The translations under genes and the position numbers were made by a program. From Oligoflexia bacterium (GTDB lineage Bacteria > Bdellovibrionota > UBA1018 > CAIMNF01): a stretch of DNA of 64,000 nt. This document shows, piece by piece, positions 1-9,269 of the stretch; within the stretch, counting starts at the first letter, position 1, and every line of letters begins with the position of its first letter. The stretch is from NCBI GenBank assembly GCA_903831745.1, contig CAIKYX010000260.1, positions 16,433-80,432 on the forward strand, written 5' to 3'. The notes under the pieces are model-generated. The model had not been told where the DNA came from, ran no database searches, and saw only the letters and a program-made list of their open reading frames with translations.

Positions 1-1521
1 GAGACTGGCATCTCGCGAAAACCACTTCAACCCTTTTACGATTTTGACAATTCGATCACTGGTCTCGCGAATCGAATTCAGATCCTTAAAGACAATTTCG
101 AGGTCGGGAGTCTGAGATCGAAGCATTCTCTCAATCCGCGCTTCTTTACCCATGATGATGGTTAACGGATTATTCACCTCATGGGCAATTCCGCCGGCCA
201 TTTCACCCAGTGAAGCCATTTTTGCCGATTGCACCAATTGGGACTGCACTACCTTTCTCGAAGTAATGTCATTTCGGATCGATAAATAGGCCTTCTGCCC
301 ATTCTCGAGAAGAATCGGGGTGATGGTACTGTCTACCCAATAAAGAGTTCCATCTTTTCTTCGATTGCAAATCTCGCCTCGCCATACTTGGCCGGACGAA
401 ATGGTTTTCCACATCTCGATGAAGAACTCCTTGGGATGAAACTTTGAATTCAACAAGCGGTGATTTTGTCCCACCAGCTCTTCACGCGTAAAGCCCGATA
501 TTTTGCAAAATGAATCATTCGCAGACAGGATATTGCCCTTCAGGTCGGTCCAAGCTACGATCGCAGACTGATCGAGCGCATTTACGAGCGATTGGTACCG
601 ACTTCTCTCGGCCAGCTGGTGATTGGCATGCTCGAGATGATCCATCATTTGATTAAAAGCCTTGGTAAAAACATTCACTTCATTACTAAAACTGGATTGT
701 AGCCGATAACCCGACTCGCCATTACTGATTCGAGTAACCCCCTCGAGAAGCAGACTCATATTTCTTCGGAATTTTGCAAATGCCCTCAGGACCAACCCTG
801 CTGTCCCCAGAAGAAGTAGAAATGTACCGGCAAAGGTTGCACAAAAAAATTGAAACATCAGCCAATGAATCGTACTGGTAATCGTATTCGAAAACTCGAT
901 CTCGATTTGAGATAACCTTTGATTGAGCCGCATCAGTTCAGTTAACGTTTGCTTCCGTTCCTGGATCGAAAAATTCGAACCGGAATGGATACGTTCTGCA
1001 ATCCTTTCGACTTCCGCAAAATTGCGATTACCTTCCGACCACAATTCGAGTGACCTTTTAATCCGCACATCATCTCGCCCCAGATAAAAAGCATAGCCGA
1101 TCGCACGCACGTCATCCGGGCTGTTACCGATTGCAATCAGATGTCGATCGAGAAGAGAAAAGTCAGGTTGCGCCTTCAGCACCTCAGTGAGTGCAAGACG
1201 TCCGCTTTCGATCGCTTTTGCATGGATGAGATAAACTTCATAAGACGAACGGTCCGAGGTATTGGCGAAATCACTCAACTTCTGAAGTGCATCTTTTTGA
1301 TGTTTCGACCAATACCCTTCTCCTGCCACTATCGCCCTGCCCACATCTACCAGTTTCGAAATGAGGAGATTGCAAAAAAGAAGAAATACTACCGTTGTAA
1401 AGAGAATGAGAATGGGTCGAAGAAAAAGACTTTGAATCGATATTGGTTTTTGATCCAACACTTTAGATTCTTTAGATTTTCTTGCTAGCAAAAAAGAGAG
1501 CATCACTCCTTTCATCGACAT
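1..1521 (-). CDS. Sensor histidine kinase, partial; the C-terminal HATPase domain lies beyond the window's left edge. N-terminal TM/sensor region, PAS domain, HisKA H-box.
   Basis: I translated the minus strand in the frame ending at nt 1 and found no in-frame stops from 1533 down to 1. The Met codon is at 1519-1521 and the upstream stop at 1534-1536. Visible motifs: H-box EMAGGIAHEVNNPLTII; a PAS-like segment (…FTREELVGQNHRLLNSKF…DGTLYWVDSTITPI); hydrophobic N-terminus. It is absent from the ORF track because no stop occurs inside the window. Confidence 0.7.
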   Translation of the reverse strand, partial: MSMKGVMLSFLLARKSKESKVLDQKPISIQSLFLRPILILFTTVVFLLFCNLLISKLVDVGRAIVAGEGYWSKHQKDALQKLSDFANTSDRSSYEVYLIHAKAIESGRLALTEVLKAQPDFSLLDRHLIAIGNSPDDVRAIGYAFYLGRDDVRIKRSLELWSEGNRNFAEVERIAERIHSGSNFSIQERKQTLTELMRLNQRLSQIEIEFSNTITSTIHWLMFQFFCATFAGTFLLLLGTAGLVLRAFAKFRRNMSLLLEGVTRISNGESGYRLQSSFSNEVNVFTKAFNQMMDHLEHANHQLAERSRYQSLVNALDQSAIVAWTDLKGNILSANDSFCKISGFTREELVGQNHRLLNSKFHPKEFFIEMWKTISSGQVWRGEICNRRKDGTLYWVDSTITPILLENGQKAYLSIRNDITSRKVVQSQLVQSAKMASLGEMAGGIAHEVNNPLTIIMGKEARIERMLRSQTPDLEIVFKDLNSIRETSDRIVKIVKGLKWFSRDASL

Positions 1522-1683
1522 CGAAGAATTAAACTACACGCCATCAGATGACTAAAAACTTTTTGTCCCATATATGAATTCATGACAACAAGCATACGCC
1601 AAATTTGGCGAATCTTTTTTACGACATTTAATGGCGTATTAATTTCGATATTATTTTTTTCACAATCCCACTAGAATTAAGAA

Positions 1684-2322
1684 ATGCCCCTTCCTGCGGA
1701 CAAGAAAAGAATCAATCAAACAGATCATCTGTACATCTTAAGCATCGCGCAGACGATAAAATCGCTGCGAATCAAGGGAAAAGTCAGGCAGATTGAACTT
1801 GCGCATCAACTGAATCGCTCACATCGGCACTGGCAAAAAATCGAAGCGGGCGAAGTGAACATCAGCGCAACCACCGCGCTTTCGATTGCCAAGGTAATCA
1901 AAATCGAACCTTGCATGCTTTTTAGAAGCCAAAAAATGAAAGCGGCAGAACCCTGCGATATTATTTGTCCTGCAGAAACCTTAGAAATTCTTCCTCTCGG
2001 CGTTCAGATCTGCGACTTGCACGGAGAAGTACTTTACATGAATAGAGCACATCGCGAATTTACCGGAAAAAAAGATTGGTGCAAAAGCGAAAGTCCTTTA
2101 TTCATCTGGGACTTTCTCGCCGACCCTTCTCAGGCGTCCGTACTTCAAACGTATTTAAAATTACTGGCGAACGAAAAACCCACTCCTACCCCTTACTATC
2201 AGTTTAACCGAGGAATAAACGGAGACCCTATTCCTATCCGGGTGGATTGGAATTACCTGCTTGATTCAAAACAAAACGTAACGGGATTTCTATCGATCAT
2301 CACTCCGAATGTACGTCCCTAA
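1684..2322 (+). CDS. XRE-family HTH transcriptional regulator with a C-terminal PAS-like sensory domain
   Basis: ORF of 212 aa. HTH_XRE-like segment IELAHQLNRSHRHWQKIEAGEVNISATTALSIAKVI; the C-terminal half resembles PAS (LGVQICDLHGEVLYMNRAHREFTGK…). Confidence 0.55.
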   Translation: MPLPADKKRINQTDHLYILSIAQTIKSLRIKGKVRQIELAHQLNRSHRHWQKIEAGEVNISATTALSIAKVIKIEPCMLFRSQKMKAAEPCDIICPAETLEILPLGVQICDLHGEVLYMNRAHREFTGKKDWCKSESPLFIWDFLADPSQASVLQTYLKLLANEKPTPTPYYQFNRGINGDPIPIRVDWNYLLDSKQNVTGFLSIITPNVRP

Positions 2323-2434
2323 GGCCCCCCACATCTTATAGAATCTTTAGAATTTCTTTATTTCTGAGAAAATCCTTAACGTCCTATGCCACTTGAATAC
2401 TCTGGACCGCGCCCCGAACCTTGGACAGCTTAAC

Positions 2435-3268
2435 CTAAGTTTTGTGTAGGGTGCCGGCCTCCGGTTTTTGTTTCGTGAACCTTAACTCAAATTCCTCCGG
2501 CGTCAAGTAGCCAATGGATGAGTGGATTCGTTTTCGGTTGTAAATCTCTTCAATGAAACGCGGCAACCGATTCACCACGTCTTCATAGGTTTCATACTCA
2601 GAGAGGTAAATCTCCTCGTACTTCAATATTTTCATAAAACTCTCGGCCCAGGCATTGTCATAAGGGTTTCCCTTCCGGGACATCGACACTTGGAATTTCC
2701 ATTCGTCTAAAATCTCAATGTACTCCTTCGAACAGTACTGCACCCCCTGATCAGAATGGTGAATGCAACCGGGCCCGGGTTTCCGATTCTGAATCGCCAT
2801 ATTAAGAGCGTTTACAGCAAGCTCGGCGTTGATTCGCTTGCTGATCGCCCAGCCGACTACTTTTCGAGAGAATAAATCCAAGATAATGGCAACGAAGATG
2901 AACCCCGTTAAAATTCGAACGTAAGTGATGTCAGCGACCCAGACCTCATTTACATTCGTGATCCGAAGTGCTGGCGTCACCAGTTTCGGGTACTTTTTTA
3001 ATTTATGGGTCGAGTCCGTCGTCTTAATCCACTTTCTAATGACGGTTGCAAATAATCCGAATTTACGCTGAATTCTACGTATTTTCTTCTCATTAATCAC
3101 AATCCCCCGGCGCCCAAGCTCCCGGTGAAGCTTGCGGTAACCATAAATCGGAAAGTCGATATGAACATTATCTATCAGATCCTTAACCAACGCATCTTGC
3201 TTTTCGCGCAACTTCGCCCTCGGCTCATTCTTGAGCCGGTAATAATAAGTGCTCTTTGGAAGACCCAT
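2435..3268 (-). CDS. IS3-family transposase OrfB (DDE integrase core), probably expressed as an OrfAB transframe fusion through a -1 frameshift
   Basis: 277 aa carrying rve-domain motifs (WVADITYV…, HSDQGVQYCS…, NPYDNAWAESF). The orfB reading frame stays open upstream of its ATG back to the A6C slippery run at 3327-3333. Confidence 0.85.
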   Translation of the reverse strand: MGLPKSTYYYRLKNEPRAKLREKQDALVKDLIDNVHIDFPIYGYRKLHRELGRRGIVINEKKIRRIQRKFGLFATVIRKWIKTTDSTHKLKKYPKLVTPALRITNVNEVWVADITYVRILTGFIFVAIILDLFSRKVVGWAISKRINAELAVNALNMAIQNRKPGPGCIHHSDQGVQYCSKEYIEILDEWKFQVSMSRKGNPYDNAWAESFMKILKYEEIYLSEYETYEDVVNRLPRFIEEIYNRKRIHSSIGYLTPEEFELRFTKQKPEAGTLHKT

Positions 3269-3675
3269 TATTTTACATTGGTCCGATATTGATCGATGTT
3301 GAGGCCTGTGATCACGGCAGTATCTTGTTTTTTCAAGCGTCGTGAGTGCTCGTCCAGCTTTTTTAAAAACTCGCGGTCAGCATGAGCCTCGGCAAGTAGT
3401 ACTTTATAACGTTCGAGCTCTTTCTCAAGTTCTCGCTCCCGTTTAGACGGCTTATCTGTCAACGTCCCCGTACGGAACTTATCCCGCCACTGGTTGATGA
3501 GGTTCGGGGATAGTTCGTGTTTTCTAGCGCATGCGGAGAGGCTCATGCTGCCGGATTCCACTTCCTGGACCACTTGCTTCTTAAAGCTTAGCTCAAATTT
3601 ACGTTTTCTTTTCCTGACTTCACTCATAGGACCATAGCTCCTAAACACCTTTGATTGTACTATAAACCAAGGCAT
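3268..3675 (-). CDS. IS3-family transposase OrfA (HTH DNA-binding, leucine-zipper-like)
   Basis: 135 aa: MSEVRKRKRKFELSFKKQVVQEVESGSMSLSACARKHELSPNLINQWRDKF…, a typical IS3 OrfA. Its stop TAA shares one nt with the orfB ATG. Confidence 0.85.
   Translation of the reverse strand: MPWFIVQSKVFRSYGPMSEVRKRKRKFELSFKKQVVQEVESGSMSLSACARKHELSPNLINQWRDKFRTGTLTDKPSKRERELEKELERYKVLLAEAHADREFLKKLDEHSRRLKKQDTAVITGLNIDQYRTNVK
3327..3333 (-). other. Candidate -1 programmed ribosomal frameshift site (A AAA AAC on the minus strand) joining orfA to orfB
   Basis: The minus strand reads …cgcTTGAAAAAACAAgat…. After the A6 run the -1 frame stays open through the orfB ATG (…TRYCRDHRPQHRSISDQCKIMGLPKSTYYY), which is the classic IS1/IS3-type A6C motif arrangement. 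Confidence 0.6.
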
Positions 3676-3772
3676 TTTGTTAGGGGCCAGCTAAGTACTA
3701 CACATTGTTAGTGTAAACTTGTCCAAGTTGAGGGGCGCGCTCCACTCATCATTTGTCTCTTAACATTTTTAA

Positions 3773-4261
3773 ATGGAGTCAGAGAATCTACCTATCGCCG
3801 TTTGGTTCACCTATGCGGTGATCGCGTCGGCCATCATTTACTTCGTCTGGCGACAACTTCGAAACAAAAGCGGCTCAAGCCCAAGGTCAAAAAGTAGCAA
3901 TGCCCCAGTATTGCGCACCGAACGTGCGGCCTCCGGTCTTCAGTCGGATATTTTAAAGGAAGGCACCGGAGAAGGCGCCAAGGCCGGCGATCGCCTGACT
4001 GTTGAGTATGTGGTCTCGCTCGCAGATGGCAAGAAAGTCGATTCCTCTTATAACCGTGGCCGCCCCATGATTTTTCGCCTGGGGTTCCGCGAAGTGATCG
4101 AAGGCTGGGACAAAGCACTCAAAGGTGCCAAAGTAGGCGAAAAAAGAATTATTACCGTTCCCCCTGCACTGGCCTATGGCAACGGCGGCGGCAGTAAAAT
4201 CCCACCCGGCGCGACCTTGATTTTCGAAGTTGAAGTGACTGACATCGCCGCTAAAAAATAG
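3773..4261 (+). CDS. FKBP-type peptidyl-prolyl cis-trans isomerase, membrane-anchored
   Basis: 162 aa with an N-terminal TM segment and an FKBP domain (GDRLTVEYVVSLADGKKVDSSYNRGRPMIFRLG…VIEGWDKALKGAKVGEKRIITVPPALAYG). Confidence 0.85.
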   Translation: MESENLPIAVWFTYAVIASAIIYFVWRQLRNKSGSSPRSKSSNAPVLRTERAASGLQSDILKEGTGEGAKAGDRLTVEYVVSLADGKKVDSSYNRGRPMIFRLGFREVIEGWDKALKGAKVGEKRIITVPPALAYGNGGGSKIPPGATLIFEVEVTDIAAKK

Positions 4262-4269
4262 CTCGCACG

Positions 4270-4965
4270 TCAGCGACCGATCAAAGCCTGAGCGCGAATA
4301 AAAATAGAATCAAACATGGGTTCAGTGAGTTTGCGGGTAAACGTATTTTGCTGGCTCGGATGATAAGAGGCAAGAATGGCCCGCCCATTCTTCAGTGTTA
4401 CCTCTAATCCGTGCGCAAATTTAGGCAGTGCCCGATGAGGCTTCATCCCGTCCTCGAGTTGCGCCCAAAGTGTTTTTAACCCAATCAATCCGAGAACGAG
4501 ATAGACCCGAGCGTCTGATAGTTTTGCGAGCTCCTCATCGAGATATCCAGAACAATTCGCAAGTTCCGAAGGCAGCGGCTTGTTCGCCGGAGGCGCACAA
4601 TGAATACTCGCTGTGATATAGGCATTCTTTAACACCAGGCCATCCGATCGAGATACGCTTTCGGCTTGATTCGCGAAGCCTGCTTTGAATAATGCGCGGT
4701 AGAGCCAGAGTCCAGAATTATCTCCGGTAAACATTCGTCCCGTGCGGTTTCCCCCATGAGCAGCCGGAGCAAGCCCCAGAATGACGAGCTTTGCACGAGG
4801 ATCTCCAAAACTGGGTACGGGTTTTCCCCAATATTTTTCGTCTTTAAATTGCCTGCGTTTTTCTTGCGCCACTTGATGGCAATACTCAACGAGTCTCGGG
4901 CATTTTTTGCAGTGAATGATCTTGGATTGCAGGGTTTCGAATTCAGCGGACTTCAATTCTATCAC
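4270..4965 (-). CDS. Uracil-DNA glycosylase, family 4
   Basis: 231 aa with the CKKCPRL motif, GLAPAAHGGNRTGRMFTGD and HPS…, typical of family-4 UDG. Confidence 0.8.
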   Translation of the reverse strand: MIELKSAEFETLQSKIIHCKKCPRLVEYCHQVAQEKRRQFKDEKYWGKPVPSFGDPRAKLVILGLAPAAHGGNRTGRMFTGDNSGLWLYRALFKAGFANQAESVSRSDGLVLKNAYITASIHCAPPANKPLPSELANCSGYLDEELAKLSDARVYLVLGLIGLKTLWAQLEDGMKPHRALPKFAHGLEVTLKNGRAILASYHPSQQNTFTRKLTEPMFDSIFIRAQALIGR

Positions 4966-5572
4966 CGGGCTGCATGTCGCCGATCGAGTATTCGCCCATC
5001 TGCGTGCGTTTTAACCGAGTGACTTCACACCGAAATGCAGAGAACATGCGACGAACAAAACGGTTACGTCCTTCGCTGACGGTCACGCGCCAATTATTTT
5101 CGCCATCCATTCGGGTAATTTCATCAAATCGTCCGCTTCCGTCTTCGAGGTCTACTCCCCGCACCAAAGCTTTAAGCGCCTCGGAATTCAGAGAACCATG
5201 AATAGTCACCTCATAGACCTTCTTTACGCCATACCGTGGATGAGTGAGATGAAGGAGTAATTCTCCATCATGAGTCATCAGCAAAAGCCCTTCAGATTCG
5301 TAATCCAAACGCCCCACCGGATTCAGCGACGGCTCGTCCTTGAAAAAATCCATGACTGTTGGCCGGCCTTTTTCGTCACTTTTAGTCGTGACAATTCCTC
5401 GAGGCTTATAAAACAGATAAGTTTTCTTTTCGGTGGGAACAAGCAAGGGCACACCATCTACGGTAAGCGCATCCTTTTCTGGATCGAGCGTCTGCCCCAT
5501 ATTGGTAAAAATCTGTCCATTGAGCGTAACACGGCCTTCTGCAATGGCTTCTTCAGCCTTGCGTCGACTCAT
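4943..5572 (-). CDS. RsuA/RluB-family rRNA pseudouridine synthase (S4 domain + catalytic domain)
   Basis: 209 aa with the S4 motif SRRKAEEAIAEGRVTLNG and the catalytic segment PVGRLDYESEGLLLMTHDGEL. The S4 domain looks N-terminally short, so the true start may be a non-ATG codon a few codons upstream (the frame is open to a TAA at ~5597). Confidence 0.75.
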   Translation of the reverse strand: MSRRKAEEAIAEGRVTLNGQIFTNMGQTLDPEKDALTVDGVPLLVPTEKKTYLFYKPRGIVTTKSDEKGRPTVMDFFKDEPSLNPVGRLDYESEGLLLMTHDGELLLHLTHPRYGVKKVYEVTIHGSLNSEALKALVRGVDLEDGSGRFDEITRMDGENNWRVTVSEGRNRFVRRMFSAFRCEVTRLKRTQMGEYSIGDMQPGDRIEVR

Positions 5573-5607
5573 GAGTCCGCACTGTGCGATGAACTTATGT
5601 GCGCGAA

Positions 5608-5814
5608 TTATTTCTTATTCTTCTTTTTACGGAATGCGGTTTTTTTGTCCGCAGCACGCTTAGATTTTGCAGCGAAAAATTTTCCTGCAAATTCTTTGTC
5701 CGCCTGAAGCTTGGCTTTACGCTTGTCGCGGCCGAGTTTTTTCAGGGTCTTGCGTCCCAATACTCCTGGAGTAGTGGTCGTTGCTTTTTTAGTAGTGGTA
5801 GTGGTAGTTGCCAT
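5608..5814 (-). CDS. Small lysine-rich basic protein, histone H1-like (HC1-like), with an N-terminal poly-Thr tract
   Basis: 68 aa: MATTTTTTKKATTTTPGVLGRK…KRKAKLQADKEF…KKKNKK. Strongly basic and low-complexity. Confidence 0.5.
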   Translation of the reverse strand: MATTTTTTKKATTTTPGVLGRKTLKKLGRDKRKAKLQADKEFAGKFFAAKSKRAADKKTAFRKKKNKK

Positions 5815-5828
5815 AAATATTCCTTAAA

Positions 5829-6356
5829 TTATTTTTTGGTAAGAGTTGCTTGGCCTGGTTTCCAGCCGACTGGACAAAGTTCGCCAGTTTCGAGCGCTTG
5901 AAGCGTTCTGAATGTTTCTTCTACTGAACGTCCAACGCCCAGGGCATTGACACTCATGTGTTGAAGAACACCTTTTGGATCAATCAAGAAAGTTCCGCGA
6001 AGCGCAATCCCTGCATCTTCAATCAATACGCCGTAGTTGCGTGACACTGAGTGATTGGTGTCTGCAAGTACCGGAAATTTAACTTCTGGAAGATCTTTTT
6101 CGAACCAAGCTTTGTGTGAGTGCTGACTATCGGTAGAACAAGCAATGATTTGGCAATTGGCTTCGAGGAATTGGCGCTCGGCTTGGCCGAATGAACGAAT
6201 TTCTGTCGGACAAACAAAGGTAAAGTCGAGAGGATAGAAAAACAAGCAAACCCATTTTCCTTTGTAATCACTCAGAGAAACATCTTTGAACTGACCAGAA
6301 ACAAATGCCGGGGCTTTGAAATCTGGTGCTGGTTGTCCTACTTTTAAATTCCACAT
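5829..6356 (-). CDS. 2-Cys peroxiredoxin (AhpC/TSA family)
   Basis: Motifs FFYPLDFTFVCPTEI and the resolving Cys in GEVCPV-like GELCPVGW. The ORF extends to 6389, but MWNLKVGQ at 6356 is the more likely start. Confidence 0.85.
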   Translation of the reverse strand: MWNLKVGQPAPDFKAPAFVSGQFKDVSLSDYKGKWVCLFFYPLDFTFVCPTEIRSFGQAERQFLEANCQIIACSTDSQHSHKAWFEKDLPEVKFPVLADTNHSVSRNYGVLIEDAGIALRGTFLIDPKGVLQHMSVNALGVGRSVEETFRTLQALETGELCPVGWKPGQATLTKK

Positions 6357-6473
6357 AATACGGGTCCTTTCAAATCGATCACCCGCCAATGGCGGATTCG
6401 TTAGCTTTAAAATTTTTATCGTTCAAATAACATAATCGTCGAGGTAAACTATGACAAGAGAAATGCTCAAGCA

Positions 6474-7202
6474 ATGCCAATAGATCAACCAAAATCATTT
6501 GATTTCCGCGCCAGGGTGCAAAAATTACTGCCCCTACTCGAGCCCACAGCTGCTTGGACCTTCATGTTTTTAACGCGCCCGCTTTGGTATCACTCCTGGT
6601 GCGCAGTCACTCCGACCCCTTGCCTTACGACCAGCGTAAACAAGCTCGATCAACTGGGTTTTATGTACGGAAGCATTCAGGCCGACGCCCTAAGCAGCGT
6701 CGTACAAAACACGGCAGGAGCCGTGGCCTTTATCTTGCCCTTTATTTTGTATTGGAAAAGAGACCTCAGGCGCGCGGTTTCGGAAGCAATACTCCTTTTG
6801 TACTTTACCCTTTGGAACGGCGTGCTTCTAGAACTTTGCCGGGCGCTCTCACAACGTCCTCGGCCACTCGTTTTTCATGACCCGTTGGGCGAAGGCGCAA
6901 ACATCAATCAGTACACTTCTTTCTACTCGGGACACACGAGTTTTGTCGCACTCGCAGGGCTTGCGATGGTGTGCATGGTGATCAGACGCTTTCCTGGAAA
7001 CCGCGCCTACACCCTGAGCTTTGGAATGCTTTATGTTTGCATGAGCGCACTGACGGGCTCACTTCGCATTCTCGGTGGACGTCACTATCCTACAGATGTG
7101 GTGGCGGGATTTCTCTTTGGAAGCTTGATTGCACTTGCGGGCAATCGCCTTTATTCACGCATGGTCAGCCAATCCGGCCGGCATGATATTTTGTGGAACT
7201 AG
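6474..7202 (+). CDS. PAP2-superfamily membrane phosphatase
   Basis: The three PAP2 signature motifs are present: RALSQRPRP (KX6RP), YSGHTS (PSGH) and SLRILGGRHYPTDVV (SRX5HX3D). Multiple TM segments. Confidence 0.75.
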   Translation: MPIDQPKSFDFRARVQKLLPLLEPTAAWTFMFLTRPLWYHSWCAVTPTPCLTTSVNKLDQLGFMYGSIQADALSSVVQNTAGAVAFILPFILYWKRDLRRAVSEAILLLYFTLWNGVLLELCRALSQRPRPLVFHDPLGEGANINQYTSFYSGHTSFVALAGLAMVCMVIRRFPGNRAYTLSFGMLYVCMSALTGSLRILGGRHYPTDVVAGFLFGSLIALAGNRLYSRMVSQSGRHDILWN

Positions 7203-7227
7203 GTTTTTCTATTCGGCTTTAAAAATA

Positions 7228-7821
7228 TTAAGTCACTTTCGTGAGCGAGCCGATCCATTTTGCATGATCAAAATCGATAGGCTTAAAATCCTGAATGAGC
7301 TGAATGAGTGCTTTTGGATCAGCCGATTCTAGCACTAATTTACGATGATCAGACTTAATAAACCCTTCATTCACCCCGTGATCCATGGCTGCAAGGAGTG
7401 GCGAATAAAAATTCTGCACATTCAGAATGCCGACTGGTTTTTGATGAAAACCGAGTTGTGCCCAAGTCAGTACTTCAAAAAATTCTTCGAGTGTTCCAAA
7501 ACCACCGGGCATGGCGATGAATCCATCCGAAAGCTCTGCCATCAGGGCTTTGCGCTCGTGCATTGAGTTTACAATTCGAAGATCTTTCAGCGCTTCGTAT
7601 CCCGCTTCGCGATCAAATAAGGCTTTAGGAATCACACCGATGACTTCGCCTCCCAGGTCGTGCACTGTTTTGGCCACGACACCCATGAGCCCAAGCCCAC
7701 CGCCGCCATAAACCAGGCCGATTCCGCTTTCAAAGAGAGACTCACCCAGTTTTTTGGCCTGTGCGCGATATTCGTCTTTTACCCCGATTCCGGCACCGCA
7801 AAATACGCAAAGTCTTTTCAT
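7228..7821 (-). CDS. LOG-family (TIGR00730) cytokinin riboside 5'-monophosphate phosphoribohydrolase-like protein
   Basis: 197 aa with the motifs GGGxxGLMG…PGGFGTLEE. Confidence 0.85.
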   Translation of the reverse strand: MKRLCVFCGAGIGVKDEYRAQAKKLGESLFESGIGLVYGGGGLGLMGVVAKTVHDLGGEVIGVIPKALFDREAGYEALKDLRIVNSMHERKALMAELSDGFIAMPGGFGTLEEFFEVLTWAQLGFHQKPVGILNVQNFYSPLLAAMDHGVNEGFIKSDHRKLVLESADPKALIQLIQDFKPIDFDHAKWIGSLTKVT

Positions 7822-7826
7822 GATCT

Positions 7827-8375
7827 TTATTTTTCTTCGATCTTATCGTGTTTGAGTTCTTCGCCCGGAAGCACACCACCCTGGGCGACTACTTTTGCAG
7901 GAATTCCTGCAACCGTGGTGTGATCCGGCACTGCCTTAATGACGACCGAATTTGCCCCGACTCGCGCGCAATCTCCGATTCGAATGTTACCTAGAATTTT
8001 AGAACCGGCGCCAATGACCACTCCGTTACCGAGAGTCGGATGCCGCTTGACGGGTTTTAGATCGACTCCACCCAAGGTGACTCCGTGATAGATCAGGCAA
8101 TCGTCTCCGATTTCGGCCGTCTCGCCGATGACCACACCCATGCCATGATCAATAACCAGGCGTTTTCCGATTTTGGCACCCGGATGAATTTCAATACCAG
8201 TCAGAAAACGCGAAAACTCACTGAGGGCTCGAGGAAAAAAAGGAATGCCCATTCGGTACATCGAGTGGCTGATACGATGAAACAGAACGGCTTTGAAACC
8301 CGGGTAGAGAAAAATCACTTCGAGAGCATTTTTATAGGCAGGATCGTTACGCTTGTAGGTTTCAAATAGTTTCAC
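7827..8375 (-). CDS. cysE: Serine O-acetyltransferase
   Basis: 182 aa with the hexapeptide-repeat left-handed beta-helix and the CysE N-terminal region (…[17 protein letters not shown]…[43 protein letters not shown]). Confidence 0.85.
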   Translation of the reverse strand: MKLFETYKRNDPAYKNALEVIFLYPGFKAVLFHRISHSMYRMGIPFFPRALSEFSRFLTGIEIHPGAKIGKRLVIDHGMGVVIGETAEIGDDCLIYHGVTLGGVDLKPVKRHPTLGNGVVIGAGSKILGNIRIGDCARVGANSVVIKAVPDHTTVAGIPAKVVAQGGVLPGEELKHDKIEEK

Positions 8376-8403
8376 GACTATGGTCTTACTCTATTCTGGG
8401 CGT

Positions 8404-9198
8404 TTATGCACCCATGATGTTCAGGCCGGAATCGACGTAGAGAATATTTCCGGTCATGTGCTTGGCACCGTCCTGACACATGAATGCAGCCAAGGCGCCG
8501 ACATCTTCAGGCGACACGTTTTCGCGCATCGGAGCTTTTTGCTCGCTTGAACTTAAGTAATCGCGAAAATTTGCAACCCCACCGGCAGCAGCCAGGGTTT
8601 TGATCGGACCCGCAGAAATTCCGTGAACCCGAATCTTTTTAGGGCCCAGATCATTCGCAAGATATCGAACCGACGCTTCGAGCGCGGCTTTTGCAACACC
8701 CATGATGTTATAACCGGGCATTACTTTTTCGCTTCCGTAATAAGTCAGGGTCAGAACTGTTCCGCCATTGGTCATCAGTTTTTCTGCTTCGCGAGCAGTT
8801 GCCACGAGAGAATACGCACTGATGTCGAGCGCAAGTCTAAAGCCTTCGCGAGAAGTATCAACGAAACGACCATGAAGGTCGTCTTTATTGGCGAAAGCAA
8901 CTGAGTGAATGAGGATGTCGAGGCCACCCCATTTTTGATTCACTTCATTAAAGATAGAAGTGATTTGTTCGTCCTTGGCCACATCGCAAGGAGCGATGAT
9001 TTCTGCATTTAGACTTTCTGCAAGTGGACGAACCCGTTTTTCGAGAGCATCACCGAGAAAATTAAAAGCAAGTCGGGCACCTTGAGCATGAAGTGCTTGG
9101 GCAATTCCCCAGGCAATCGAGCGATCATTTGCGAGTCCGAGAATCAGGGCACGTTTGCCCGCTAAAGGTTTATCTGAAAGTGCTGCCATAAAAACCAC
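8404..9198 (-). CDS. fabI: Enoyl-[acyl-carrier-protein] reductase (NADH), FabI
   Basis: 264 aa SDR with FabI hallmarks ([20 protein letters not shown]…, YxxxxxxK within …SYSLVA…[12 protein letters not shown]). Confidence 0.9.
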   Translation of the reverse strand: MVFMAALSDKPLAGKRALILGLANDRSIAWGIAQALHAQGARLAFNFLGDALEKRVRPLAESLNAEIIAPCDVAKDEQITSIFNEVNQKWGGLDILIHSVAFANKDDLHGRFVDTSREGFRLALDISAYSLVATAREAEKLMTNGGTVLTLTYYGSEKVMPGYNIMGVAKAALEASVRYLANDLGPKKIRVHGISAGPIKTLAAAGGVANFRDYLSSSEQKAPMRENVSPEDVGALAAFMCQDGAKHMTGNILYVDSGLNIMGA

Positions 9199-9269
9199 CT
9201 TATTCTAATAATTTTTTAAGTATTACAAATAGGTAGCACAAATTGACGATTTAGACAAACTCAACGCGA

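Larger units (their letters stand above)
2403..3744 (-). mobile_element. Intact IS3-family insertion sequence (1,342 bp) with orfA/orfB, imperfect 25-bp terminal inverted repeats (TG…CA ends) and a 3-bp target-site duplication
   Basis: Terminal IRs match at 21/25 positions: TGGACCGCGCCCCGAACCTTGGACA (2403-2427) versus the reverse complement of 3720-3744, TGGAGCGCGCCCCTCAACTTGGACA. The flanking CTC at 2400-2402 and 3745-3747 is the target-site duplication. Internal orfA (HTH) and orfB (DDE rve core) overlap in the TAATG arrangement. Confidence 0.85.

Noticed and set aside
1141-1488. 115-aa plus-strand ORF from the ORF track
   Set aside because: It lies entirely antisense within the uninterrupted 507-codon histidine-kinase frame on the minus strand and has low-complexity, non-protein-like composition. 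The 942..1136(-) ORF is likewise an off-frame artefact.
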